Source: Podarcis tiliguerta
Taxonomy: Eukaryota
Assembly: GCA_965153285.1 (NCBI GenBank)
Contig: OZ229115.1
Length of the DNA stretch: 64,000 nt
Reading direction: 5' to 3' (one strand)
Below the pieces are notes generated by a model. That model was not told the DNA's origin. It made no database searches and saw only the letters and a list, made by a program, of their open reading frames with translations. Shown one piece after another: positions 37,106-49,150 of the stretch. Position numbers and translations under genes: made by a program. Positions within the stretch are counted from its first letter, which is position 1; each line of letters begins with the position of its first letter.

Positions 37106-37732
37106 GAAAACAGAAGAGCTGAAATACCTATCTGTTTTTTGTTTTTGTTTTTTGAAGTAATGCGTTGTGCACCATGCTATTCACAAAGCTGAGATTCTTA
37201 ATTTAGTTTTAGTTTCTAAGGAATACACATGTTTAGGAATATTCAAGGATTCTCTACCAGACTCATGCTAACCTCCACGTTTACCCCACACCTTAGTCCT
37301 TAATACAAAATATAGTGTTGTGCCACCAAGTGCCAAAGCAAAGATCTGCACATTTAGTTTGCCGTTGTTTGTTATTTTAAGTTCTTAAACTGACGGCTGC
37401 AGCATTCCTCTCCTCACCCCTCATCCCTTTAGCCTCTCTTTGTCCCAGCACATTCCTTTGCTGCAGTTTGCAGTAGCATAGGAACTACTTGTAGGAGCCC
37501 CAGACTTTGAAATCAGACAACAAAGTGAGGTTGTTGTTGTTTTTTCCTCATTAGCAGATCTACTGGCCAGGAGGGCTCCAGGCTGCTCCCTGAATCCTTC
37601 TTGGCAAACATTTGGCCCAATCAGTTTCACTTCTCTAAGGGGAGGGGGGAGAACTAGAGGAACCAAATATTTTTGCTTATGAGTGAAATTGACAAGAACC
37701 TAGTTCCTCACGTAGCTTCTTAAACGGCAAAC

Positions 37733-38790
37733 TGTGGTGCCTAGAATGAGGAGGTTACTCTCAAGAAAGCATGCTAAATATAGTAACTTAATTCACAGAA
37801 ATGGTAAATGCTTGTTTGCATTACTACGTGTTTAAATTTGATTGATTGGTAACTGAATTCTAGAGAGTTCTCCAGTAGTTCTCATGTGATTGGCTAATGT
37901 TGGTCACATGGGAGCTATCTAATGAAGGAGACATTCCGTTTTGTGTGAAGCAAGATGACTGTGTGTTAGAATCCACTGTGAACACTGCTAAGTTGAATAG
38001 AGTGTTGGGGTGCTACTTCTCTGCTTGAAAGAAAGAGAGCAAAGCTGCAGGAGAAGATAAAAATGGAAATCTCTCATAGGAGCTGCAAAGCAGGACCTAA
38101 CTGAGATACAGAAGGCTGAGTGCTGAGCTCTGGAAAGAGAGGAAAATACAGTTGCTTGGAAGTTAGAAGAAGAGACTGTAAGCCCATGCTTGGAGAAGCA
38201 TGTGACTGTAAATATTTTGTTATAATTCATCTATAAGTTTCTGCAAGTAAAGTCTGGGCATTGGTTTAATTTCCAAAGAAGAGTGCCAGTCATATATATT
38301 TGATTTTTTTGCTTCTTAGCTGCGTTTTCACTACCCTTATTTCAACGAAAGCATACTGCCATCTCAAGTGACTAACAGGCAGAGAGCAATGCCCTCACCA
38401 CAGACTTAAGGCAAACATAACAAGAATATACTGAGGAGGAAGCAAAGACTTCTTTAATGAGTTATGCCTGCTCCCAATGGAAATAAGAGAGGCTACTGAG
38501 AGCGGTTGTCAACAGAACAGACAAAAAGACTTGTGCTTTCAACAACAACTTTATCAGCAAAAATCAGCAACAGAAGCTTTTCACAGCATGGAGATAAACA
38601 TTACCTGCTAACTGGTGTCAATCCAACCATTGTTGAAAGCACAACTACACAAGCTGTAAAAGCTCAAATGATGGCCGCCCTACATTCTATTCAATGGTGC
38701 TACTGGTGCAATCTCCAGATGCTGTTCCTGAGCCAAGTCTTTGGAAATACAGACACTGCAAACACGCCTTTAATCTGCTGCTATGGAGCT
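37733..38790 (+). mobile_element. Possible decayed LTR (to ~38377) plus Q-rich gag-like remnant
   Basis: TG...taaCA block containing reverse CCAAT boxes (gattgg twice) and AGTAAA. Downstream lies a broken frame with QNRQKDLCFQQQLYQQ. There is no clean PBS. Confidence 0.35.
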
Positions 38791-39159
38791 GTGTCTGTGT
38801 GTGTGTGTATTTGAAAGAGGCTGTAACTAAGAGATGCAAGTGATTTCCCCCCACATAGCTTTTTGGTTCATTTTTATTTAATTTGTTTCCTTTTCCTTTT
38901 CTTGAAATGGCATTAATTAATTTACTAGATTCCCCCCCCCCCCCAGCAGAGTGCATCAGGAGGCCCAACCATTCATCTGCTGTCTGTAACTTCCAGGTTT
39001 TCTATCCAAACGGCATGAAACTTGCAAGGACTGTACTAGCTTCCAAAGACATCAGGCTCCCCAAATTTCAGATAAGGGCCACTGATTTACATTATTTTGA
39101 AAGGCGCACCGGCCAAAATAAAAAATAAAATGTTAATTTCACATATGTGCTCATGGGGT

Positions 39160-39325
39160 CTGAATTGGAGGAACCTTGGGGTCATAGTAGATAGCTCAAT
39201 GAAGATGTCAATCCAGTGTGTGGCAGCTGTGAATAAGCCACATTTCATGTTAGGGATCATTAGGAATGGAATTGAAAATAAAACTGCCAGTTTCTTATTG
39301 CCGTTATACAAATCTATACTGTAAA
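39160..39325 (+). mobile_element. CR1 LINE ORF2 fragment
   Basis: Translation RNLGVIVDSSMKMSIQCVAAVNKPHFMLGIIRNGIENKTASFLLPLYKS. Confidence 0.88.
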
Positions 39326-39694
39326 TTTCTCTGTGCCTAATTGTGCGGGGGCTGAGATACCAGGGGAGGGGGTAAGTAGCTGAGAGACCTATGGTATGGA
39401 GAAAAAGCAAATATTATCATGTTTTTTCTCTCTGCATCCACTGTGCACACACACTCTCCTTTTGGTAAGCATTGCTCTGCAGCCTTTAAGATCCCAAAGT
39501 GGCATTGGCACACACTCTAATAGATGGACAATCTTGTTCTGTTCTCTGTTGAGAAGTTATGACAAGCAAAGAGACACACATACCTTAACCCTTGAAGTGC
39601 TTGCTTGAGAAAAGAGCCTGCTCCATCACAAAGGTGACTCTGTGTTAGAAAGAATAGAGACAGAAAGACTATTTACTATTAACTTTGTCCAGAG

Positions 39695-39946
39695 CAGGGG
39701 GTCAGCAAACTTTTTCAGCAGGGGGCCAGTCCACTGTCCCTCAGCCCTTGTGGGGGGCCGGACTATATTTTGAAGGGGGAAAATGAACAAATTCCTATGC
39801 CCCACAAATAACCCAGAGATGCATTTCAAACAAAAGGACACATTCTACTCATGTAAAAACACGCTGATTCCTGGACTATCCATGGTCCGGATTTAGAAGG
39901 CGATTGGGCCTGATCTGGTCCGCAAACCTTAGTTTGCCTACCCATG
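39695..39946 (-). mobile_element. hAT (Charlie-type) MITE
   Basis: Reverse orientation of the 15318 family; TSD gtccagag / ctccagag. Confidence 0.92.
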
Positions 39947-40321
39947 CTCCAGAGGGATAGCCGTGCTAGTCGGGTGCAGCAAAAACAACAAGGAGTCTTG
40001 TGGCACCTTGAAGACTCTTGAATGGCGCACAGCAAAAGCTTTAATGGTCCCCTTGATCAGATGCACCAAGTAGTATCAAGAGAGAATGAGAGGGGGTAGA
40101 AATTAGTTCAAATTACCATATGTTGATACTTACTAAGGGGCAATAAAAAAAACCATCTCATTTGTTCCATTTTCCCACTTCTTTTCAAAATAAATTGCAA
40201 TCCCCTGACAGAGAAGACTTATTGTGAAACTGTGCATGTAGAGTTAGAAAATAAATGTAGAATGTTGCAGTCCTATGCATATCACTTGGAATTAAATCCC
40301 TGAAACTTCTGAATAAACATA

Positions 40322-40563
40322 CAGTGGTACCTCGGGTTAAGTACTTAATTCATTCTGGAGGTCCGTTCTTAACCTGAAACCGTTCTTAACCTGAAGCACC
40401 GTTTTAGCTAATGGGGCCTCCTGCTGCCACCGTGCCGCCAGAACACGATATCTGTTCTCATCCTGAAGCAAAGTTCTTAACCTGAAGCACTATTTCTGGG
40501 TTAGCAGAGTCTGTAACATGAAGCATATGTAACCTGAAGCATATGTAATCTGAGGTACCACTG
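40322..40563 (-). mobile_element. Tc1/mariner MITE (same family as 30961, opposite orientation)
   Basis: TIR cagtggtacctc / gaggtaccactg; TA TSD. Confidence 0.93.
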
Positions 40564-41630
40564 TACATAGGAACTGGCTGTAGTCTTTCCTGATCATTCT
40601 CAAATCTTTGCAGTTCCTCCTTCTAAACTGCAGGCAGATCTTAAAGAGGCTACTTGCAAAAGACGAATAAAAGAATGTGAGATTGGTACTACCTCAGATA
40701 TTACTTCTTTGTTGTATACAGTCTCCTTTATTAATTCAAACGGCCATTTAATCTGCATCTTCTGTATGGATTTGCACTTGCTCCTGTCAGCCATATTAAT
40801 CATTTTAATACCTCAATTATACATTTATTAATCTAGCCTATGTCTTTTCATTTCATTGTAGTAATAAGATCTTGTATGTTAATCATATTGGGGGGGGGGG
40901 TTGTGACCGGACACTAGAGAAAGACAGATTACTATTTTGCTAAGCAGCCAGAAGTGTTGTCATATTAATCAATATTATCTCAGTAATTTAATACCACTTT
41001 TGCTATGCATCTTCCCAATCTAATTATTACTAGCCAAGAGTGTGCTGCTAAACAATGGAAATGTATCTTTGTGAGTTATCAGCAGCATTTATATTGAGGC
41101 ATTTTAACTTGCAAAACCAAGCTCCTGTGCAACTATTGAGTTCAGTAGGTTCTATAGCCTATAGCATAGGATTGAAGCCTTGGTATCACTTTTAAATTCC
41201 ATCATACAACTAATTTGCAATTCGAGAAATATTATACTGTGGTTATTTTGTTCAAAGTGTGAGGCACAAATCCGGAGTGAAGTCCCTAAGGCAGTTGGGT
41301 GGTGCCTTGCATGCCTCCTGGCAACTCCTGCAGCCAAGCTGGGGCCAAACATATTACTCTGCTTTCCTTTGGACCACATCAGCAAGGCTGAAAGCGGGGG
41401 CTTGTCATCTGGGCAGTCTGGGACCTCCATACACACACCCAGGCTGTGCTCTGGAGAGGTCACTTTGGTTCTGCTAGTGGAGCGGCTTGACTTCACCCCT
41501 GGAGATGCACTCCATTGTCTCTTGACACAGACAGATGCCAGCAAGTATGATGTAGAATGGCTAAAGTATTCCTAATTAAGAAGAGATTGTGCGGTGCATT
41601 TTCTATAATTCTTAATGGCAAACATAACTA

Positions 41631-41861
41631 CAGTCATACCTTGGGTTACAGACGCTTCAAGTTGCGTTTTTTCGGGTTGCGGACCGCCAAAACCAGGAAG
41701 TACAGGAACAGGTTACTTCCAGGTTTCAGCGGTCGGGTATGCACAGAAGCACTAAATCGCGCTAAGTCGCAACCCGCGCATGCGCAGACAAGGGTTGCGA
41801 ATGCTGCAGGTTGCGAATGTGCATCCCGCATGGATCACGTTTGCAACCCGAGCGTCCACTG
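41631..41861. mobile_element. Tc1/mariner-type MITE, related family
   Basis: TA|cagtcataccttgggtt ... aacccgagcgtccactg|TA; CpG-rich interior. Confidence 0.85.
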
Positions 41862-41933
41862 TATATTTCTGCAGGCAATTTAACTAGATTCTAAATATTG
41901 GGCACTGTAATGCTAACCAATGCTAACCAATGC

Positions 41934-42146
41934 TAAATAGGTACCGCTCCAGCGGGAAGGTAAACGGCGTTTCCGTGCACTGCTCTGGTTCGCCAGAAGT
42001 GGCTTAGTCATGCTGGCCACATGACCCGGAAGCTGTCTGCGGACAAACGCCGGCTCCCTCGGCCAATAAAGCAAGATGAGCGCCACATCCCCAGAGTCGG
42101 TCACGACTGGACCTAATGGTCAGGAGACCCTTTACCTTTACCTTTT
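41934..42146 (+). mobile_element. Sauria SINE, 5'-truncated
   Basis: 3' half of the SINE with an (ACCTTT)n tail; TSD taatgctaacca (41908-41919 / 42147-42158). Confidence 0.92.
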
Positions 42147-43280
42147 TAATGCTAACCATGAAATTCAGTTTGATACAATGATCCAACAGTCATCCATCTA
42201 AATCACATTGTAAGATCAAGGCACAACAAAACTTGGATGCACCATATCCTATAGTGGTTGTTGTACTACTTGCAGAAGATTCCAGGTTCACTCTCCAGCG
42301 TCTCAAACTAAAAGGATGTTCGCATCAGGGTTGGGAAAGATTTCTGCTTGGAATGCCACCATTAGTTACAGTGGCAGAAGCTGTGTAAGGCAGCTTTATA
42401 ACTTGGATTTCAGCTCATTTCCCCCCTCTTCTCATTTGCCAGACCTTTGATTTATTATACATGTTCACACTTTCAGTTCTCATTTTATTCCACAACTTTA
42501 TAACTTCCTTTTCTTTCTTTTGCGTTGCGATGCAAAAGCACAAAGGACAAAATTGGCTGGACTTCAAATAATACTTGCGAACATGCAACCAGTTTTGTAC
42601 GCAGGGAATTCAAAAGTGAAGAAAAGCTCTAATAGTTGGTTCTCTTTCGCAGCTGAAGAAGGCGGTAGTGAAGAAGCAGTAATTAGGAAAAGCAAAATTA
42701 GTATTTTTACACTGTGCTATTCCCACTGGTTGCTCTGCCTTTGCTCCTTTGGTACCATGTACCACTACCACATACACTTTAACACACACACCCCAACTCC
42801 TAGTTTATTAATCAGACACACAAAACGATAATTACTTAACATATTTGTTTTTCTCCCTGCAAGTGGTGTATGCCTAGAGAGATGTCTAGGAAGATAACCC
42901 AAGCTCAAATATCTGAGCTCCATTGCCCATAAATGAGACTTCAATCTGTGCTAGTACCTTACCATCTGCACTGTATATGGGGCATTTAGACACCAGAACA
43001 ATGTTTGCACTGAATATATAGCAAGCAGGGGTGGACTTTGGTACTGTGGCACTCAGACTAGACCCAAATTAGTCATACACGCCCCCATGTTGTGGGGGGG
43101 TGGACTTTGGGGAACGAGACGCGAGGGCTCTGGCAGGGTCCTAGAGTCCTCGCAGCTACTGCCCAAAGCTGAGCAAGTGCTAACTAGGCATGGAAAAGAG
43201 AACTTTAGTCCTCATGCCTCCTTCCCATAGCTGGGAAGCTGCCCTAAGTGCCTCTGGAACAAGTATATACAATGTATATA

Positions 43281-43522
43281 CAGTGGTACCTCGGGTTACA
43301 TACGCTTCAGGTTACATACGCTTCAGGTTACAGACTCCGCTAACCCAGAAATAGTACTTCGGGTTAAGAACTTTGCTTCAGGATGAGAACAGAAATCGTG
43401 CTCTGGCAGCACGGCAGCAGCAGGAGGCCCCATTAGCTAAAGTGGTGCTTTAGGTTAAGAACAGTTTCAAGTTAAGAACGGACCTCCGGAACGAATTAAG
43501 TACTTAACCCGAGGTACCACTG
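43281..43522 (+). mobile_element. Tc1/mariner MITE (same family as 30961)
   Basis: Perfect TIR cagtggtacctcgggtta; TA TSD. Confidence 0.95.
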
Positions 43523-43528
43523 TATACA

Positions 43529-43891
43529 GGGACGCGGGTGGCGCTGTGGGTAAAACCTCAGTGCCTAGGACTTGCTGATCGTATGGTCGGCGGTTCGAAT
43601 CCCCGCGGCGGGGTGAGCTCCCATCATTCGGTCCCAGCTCCTGCCCACCTAGCAGTTCGAAAGCACTCTTAAGTGCAAGTAGATAAATAGGTACCGTTTT
43701 ATAGCGGGAAGGTAAACGGCGTTTCCGTGTGCTGCGCTGGTGCTGGCTCGCCAGCTGCAGCTTCGTCACGCTGGCCACGTGACCTGGAAGTGTCTTCGGA
43801 CGGCGCCGGCTCACGGCCTCTAGAGTGAGATGAGCACGCAACCCTATAGTCGGACACGACTGGCCCATATGGGCAGGGGTACCTTTACCTT
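43529..43891 (+). mobile_element. Sauria SINE, distinct subfamily
   Basis: Runs from gggacgcgggtggcgctg to gtcggacacgactgg...acctttacc; TSD taccactgtatacag (43515-43529 / 43892-43906). Confidence 0.95.
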
Positions 43892-46800
43892 TACCACTGT
43901 ATACAGTGTTTGTGAGAAGATGGCATGGTAGGAAAAAATATTCTGCTTTTTCTCAGGGCTGCTTCACAAAGTTTATTGTTTACTAGGATAGAGGCTGACC
44001 TTAGAACACTGGGATTTGGCAAGTTGACACACCAGTGTGTCATTTGCTTTACAGTTCAGGCTGTATACACATTACCTCTGGCTCCAGTATGCTCCCCCTG
44101 CTGATGCTTGAAGCTGAATACACACGACAAGAGCCACAATCCACAGGTACCCTGCAGCTTCTTGAGAAGTACTCCTGTTTTGATGCTGTTTCCCTAAAAA
44201 CTGATTTGAAAAGAGAAGCAGAGGTTAAGCTGGGGTGTGTACATTGCAGGGAAACAAATAAGGTAATAGGCGTTGGGTGGAGACATCCCTGCCCCCTCTC
44301 TGGTCTGTACAGCAATGTAAGAATGTGGCTTGAAACAGAGCCGGTGGAAGGCGGGGAGAAACAACCTTGGTGGGTTTCAAGCCGCTAATTTGTGCACAAC
44401 CTCAGTCTGCCTATATGAACATGGTAGTGAAGCATTGTACTACTTCACTGTAAACAAAACTCATCCAAATCTGGTCAACTTGCATGTCCATTATACCAAT
44501 CTGGTTTAATTGTTTTCCTTCTATTTTCCTCTCAGCTGAATATTTATGGCGTTTATACTTTGTTCTTTACCCAAAAAGTGGCTTCCATACTAAAAAATCC
44601 ACACTAAGACTCAGGTTCGCGATCGAAAAAGACACAGTGGGTGAGGGAAAGGGACTAAGAGGGAGGAGAGAGAAGCGAGCTCAAACACAAGTTTTTCAAG
44701 TTACAGTTCTTAGTATAACACAGTTACTGGTATGTGCAGATTTTGGCTGTCTAGGAAAGCAGTAACTCCCCATTGATGTCAGAAGTATTACAGATCTATT
44801 TACATTATTAAAATGGAATTGTGGGTATCTCTCCCCCCACCCTCTGGTTTTACAGTTTGGGAGCAAAAGTTGTTAGATAATAGCTTATTCTATCCTATCA
44901 TTAAAATTTGAATTTGGAATACCAGTTGTCTTGCACTGGAATGAAATGAGGGGTGTGCTGTCAGAATTGGAGGTGGGGAAAGGTAACAGGTCAGGTCCAG
45001 TTTAGCAAGCAATATACAAAGCAAGTTGAGAGAAATTGTCAGGTGCAATCTGAAAACATAATCACACTAACTAGTAGGTTTAAAGAAGCTATTTCACTTA
45101 CCAAGTATATATCCTTTTCGAGTGCATAGAAAGGAAAGCAGCTGCCATCGCTTATGTTTTACAGTTAGGGAATGGAAAAGGCAAGGAAAGAGAGATGGAA
45201 CGCAACTTTCCTAAAGTCTGTTGGTTATTCTACAGGGTGTTAGCATGTTTCCAAAGTCACTGGAGGTACACATTTTGCATATGAATTAGTATGTGTTCGG
45301 CATAAACTTGCATATATAGAGTGATTGTGTCTGCCTGTAAATTTCATAGAACTTTATTTTCTCAAAGTTTGTTTCCGATGCAGTTTAGATCCCCAAGGCT
45401 GCAGTCCTTTTCAGACTTACCTGGGAGTAAATCTCAATGAACTCAATGGTGCTGACTTCTAAGTATTTATTTAAGAGTGTGTGGAGAGAGAGAGAGAGAG
45501 AGAGAGAGAGATGTATAAACTGCTGAAGCAGCCTGACAAAATACTGCCCGAGTGAAGTAATTCTGAAAACCTGCCAAATGCACAACTTTCCATGGCTTTT
45601 TGTTTTCTTGCCAGCAAGCCAGCTCCTTTTGACATATGAATTAGAAGATCCTTTCCCTTCAATGGGAAGCCCTATTTATTTTGCAAGCTTGTTACCAACC
45701 AGGGGGTACATTATTCTTTAATGCATCTGTGTAACTTCCATTAACATTGATTGGAATTACATGTACTTGCTGAGAAAATCTGTACCTTTTGTTAAAATGG
45801 AAGCTCTGTTGTGACTGATTTTTCTGATGGCATTGGTGATTATGCCATTGCTTTATTAGATTTTAGACTGTTTTGTTTACTGTTTGATGCTTATTTATGT
45901 ATTTATTTTAATTAAGCAGAAATCCAGCATTTAAATACACCTTCCCTTTCTTCCGATAAGAAGCACACTTTTCATAGTATGATTGGGAGAGAGAAAGAAA
46001 TAGTTTAGCTGAGCCCCTCTGTCCAAAGGCAGGACCATTTTGCCATCCATCTCAACTATCCTTTATCCATCTCACAATTCAGTCATTTGGTTTTGAGGAA
46101 AGTACACACAGTGGTTAAGACCGAGTTAGGCAGACACATTAATTCTGTTTCCTTTGGGGAAGATTTTCCTGCGGTTTTAGTCGAGTTTTGGGGTGACATG
46201 GTGCTTGGCTCTAAAAATGGAAAAATAATATTTCACTAGCCCCTTGTGGGCTATTTTCACATGACACTGACTCCATTTTTGCATTTCCTGTGCCTGTAAT
46301 TGGATTGTAAAACCCCATATTGGCTAGAATGTAGATCCGATTTTCAAATGGCTCACTTCCATTTTGCCCTACTTCAGGAGCATCCTTATTGTACAAGCAC
46401 ACCCATTCCTCTGCATTTCCACTACTTCAGCCACTCATAAGTGAAAAATGCCCTTTGTGTTGTTTATGAGCTTGATCTTTGAATTACCCAGTTTATCCAC
46501 AAACTATTCTGCATGAACTGGGAGATGGGGGAAGCAAAGTGCCATGCACTATATTAAAACGGAAGCAGCTTATTTTGGGGAGGAGAAACCACGAAGCTTT
46601 CTTTACTCCAAAAAGTTTGCCAGGTAGGAGTTCAGCAGTAGTAGTCAAAACTGGATCCGAGAAACAATGCCATGAACCATTTTGGATCTTCCAGTGCCAT
46701 GTCCCATTATCATTTTTTATCTTCAGGACCAAACCTGCTCTACTGTTTTATGTTTATTCCTGTTGCCAGAGCCCAGAGGCTTTAGTCAGGATCAGGCCCA

Positions 46801-47289
46801 GTCTTGTATTATTGCATCTCTCTACCTAGAGGAGCCTTATGCTCATGCGGTATAATTAGGTACCACATCTGGCAACACCGTAAAGAGAGCCTAATTTTTC
46901 CAATCCATCCCTTTCTTGGAGAAAGTTCAGATTCCCTTCTTTAACAACCTGCTGCCACCACCCTGGCCCTTTAACAAGAGAGGAGCCAGCTTGCTGTCAA
47001 TTAAACAATTTGCAGCTTGCCTCCTTGAGCTTCGCCTTCATTTGCTACTTCGGGTGCAGTTCCAAAACGAATCCGCGGAAACTGGCAAGAAGCAAGCCGC
47101 ACTAGTGCTTTGCATTTCTTAATAGCTATTTTCGTCCAACAACAGGAGGGAAACTCCCTCCCTTCCTGTCGTCAAGGTAAGATTATGGGCTGCCGACAGC
47201 CAAGCTCTGTTCAGGGCGCTTTCTCTCCTCCAGCTATCTTCCCCACCCTTAAAGTGAGAGAGTTAGGTAGGTGCGTAGGTGTATAGCGG

Positions 47290-49150
47290 GTTGCCTAGTT
47301 AGCCAGAAAGACCCAACTTCGCTTCCGGTGGCAGAAAGAAGCTTCTTTTGTTGAATCTCTGTGTCTCTGACATCGTTCTTTGGTGTGTGTGCGCGCGCGT
47401 GTGTGTATGCGCGCGCGCTCACAAACACACACACAGCTTTGCAAAGCAGTCTGCGGGTCAGTGTGTCAATGTGCATATGAATGGGTTGCGATGGGATGTA
47501 TATACCCAAGCATTTATTTGGGGTATGGTGAAGCGCTGCGTGGCGAAGACTTGCCGCCGCCGCGGCTTTACTTGGACTTTGAACAAATGGTGGGGGCCGG
47601 TGGAACAGGTTTCCAAACCGCCCCCCCCCTCTCCAAACCGCTCGGGGATTGCGTCAAGGCTGGGGAGGAGGATCCTCCAGGAAAGAAATTAACTTACAAA
47701 AAACACACACATCCAAAACCATAAAGGCCGCCCCACACGTCTCTCCCTTCCCTCCCCGCTCGCCCCTCCCTCCGCGCTCTGATTTGAAATGGGATCCAGC
47801 CGCAGCCTTTCACCGGGGCTTAGTCGCCTCCTGCCCGGCTCGGATTCGCACCGGCGGCAGGAGAGAGAGAAGCAAGAAGGGAGAAGAGCGCCCAGCTTTT
47901 GCGCGCGCCAGGGACTTGGCCCCGCGTTGCACAGCTAAGCCCAGCTGCTGCTGCTGCTGCCTCTGCTGCTGCCGCCTGGCGCAGCCGGCGCAATAGTCGA
48001 GGGCAGCCAGAGAGCTCCTCTGCTCCGGCAAAGCAGAGCGAGCCTGCGAGCTGCCGCTGCCGCTTCGTTCTCCGCCTCCCGGCGAGGGCAGGAGAACCGA
48101 GCGACCCCAGAAGGGCCACGGGAGGCGCCCACTCCATCTCCGGCAGGGACGCGGCGCGCGGGGAGCCTCCGCCTGGGCGGGAGACGAGGCGATGCCGGGG
48201 CGTCCGGCCGGGCTCCGCGGCGCCTGCAGCCGCACTTGCTGCTGCTTCTGGAAAGGCGAGCTGCTCCTGACGCGGGGAGAACCAGGGACATGCTGCCGAT
48301 GCACCTCCGGCCCCGGCCAGGTGAGCTGGCGGGCAGGCTGGGCGGCCAAGCGGGGTTGGTTGGGGGAGCAGGCGGGCGCGCAGCGCGGGGCCACGGAGCC
48401 ACCCAACGGGAGAGCCGAGCGCAGCCGCTGCAGGAGGACAGCCGGACGCCGCCCATGGAGAGCCCCGCCGCGCCGGAGGACGCACTCCCCGGCTGCCCAC
48501 CCCCCCCCCCTCGGGGCTGCCTGGCGTTGTGCGTCCGGCTGCCCCTCTTTTCTTGGAGGCGGTGCAGGCTGCGAAGGAAGGGGGGGTTCCCCGATCTCTG
48601 CCCGGTATAGCGGGCCTGAGTCCCAGACGCAGCTGAGCTGGGTGGGCGGCGGGAGGCGCCGGGGAGGGAAGTCGGAGAGCTTCGGGAGGGATCTCCCAAC
48701 TTATTTTCGGAGCGCTGCGGAGGGAGGGGGACTTGCGCGCTCAAGGCGGCAGAGAGCCGCTTGCAAAACAACCGCTGATGTTTCGGCGCTTCGCGTTAGC
48801 AGAGGGGGTGGCGAGGGGAAGCATCTGCCCAAGGAGCGGCGGGAGCGGAGGCATTGCTTGTTCTTGTTTCGTTAGCCTTCCGGATCTGCCTGCTTGTGGC
48901 GGCGCTTTGGGGCTGCTCGCCGCGCGCCTGCTTATCACTTGTGGACTTGTCGCTTGGAGACGCCTGGCTCCGGCTGTGCTAACTTTCTCCGCTGAAGTGC
49001 AGTGCGCCTGAGTCGGCTTCGGAGCAGACGAAGAGTTCTGCTTGCCGCCGGTGACTCGCCCGGATGGCTCATTCAGACATGCGCGGCGTTCCTCGGAAGC
49101 CACGGGCAAGTCACTGCGAAAAAACGGGGATATGCCTTCTTAGCCCCGCC
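47290..49150. promoter_or_regulatory. CpG island / gene promoter
   Basis: Abrupt rise in GC and CpG content in non-repetitive sequence. It includes an ETS-like cttccgg (~47322), GC boxes (gggcgg) and alternating GC/GT tracts. Confidence 0.92.
47800..48320 (+). other. Probable first exon of an unidentified + strand gene (start approximate)
   Basis: A consensus donor CAG|GTGAGC at 48320/48321 lies inside the CpG island, after a CTG-repeat-containing leader. Candidate ATGs are at 48192 (43 codons, phase 0) and 48290 (MLPMHLRPRP, phase 1). The exon may be entirely UTR. Confidence 0.6.

Noticed and set aside
47649-49109. Many long overlapping ORFs (up to 278 aa) on both strands
   Set aside because: Expected in a stop-poor CpG island. 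The translations are low-complexity R/P/A/G with no recognisable domain.
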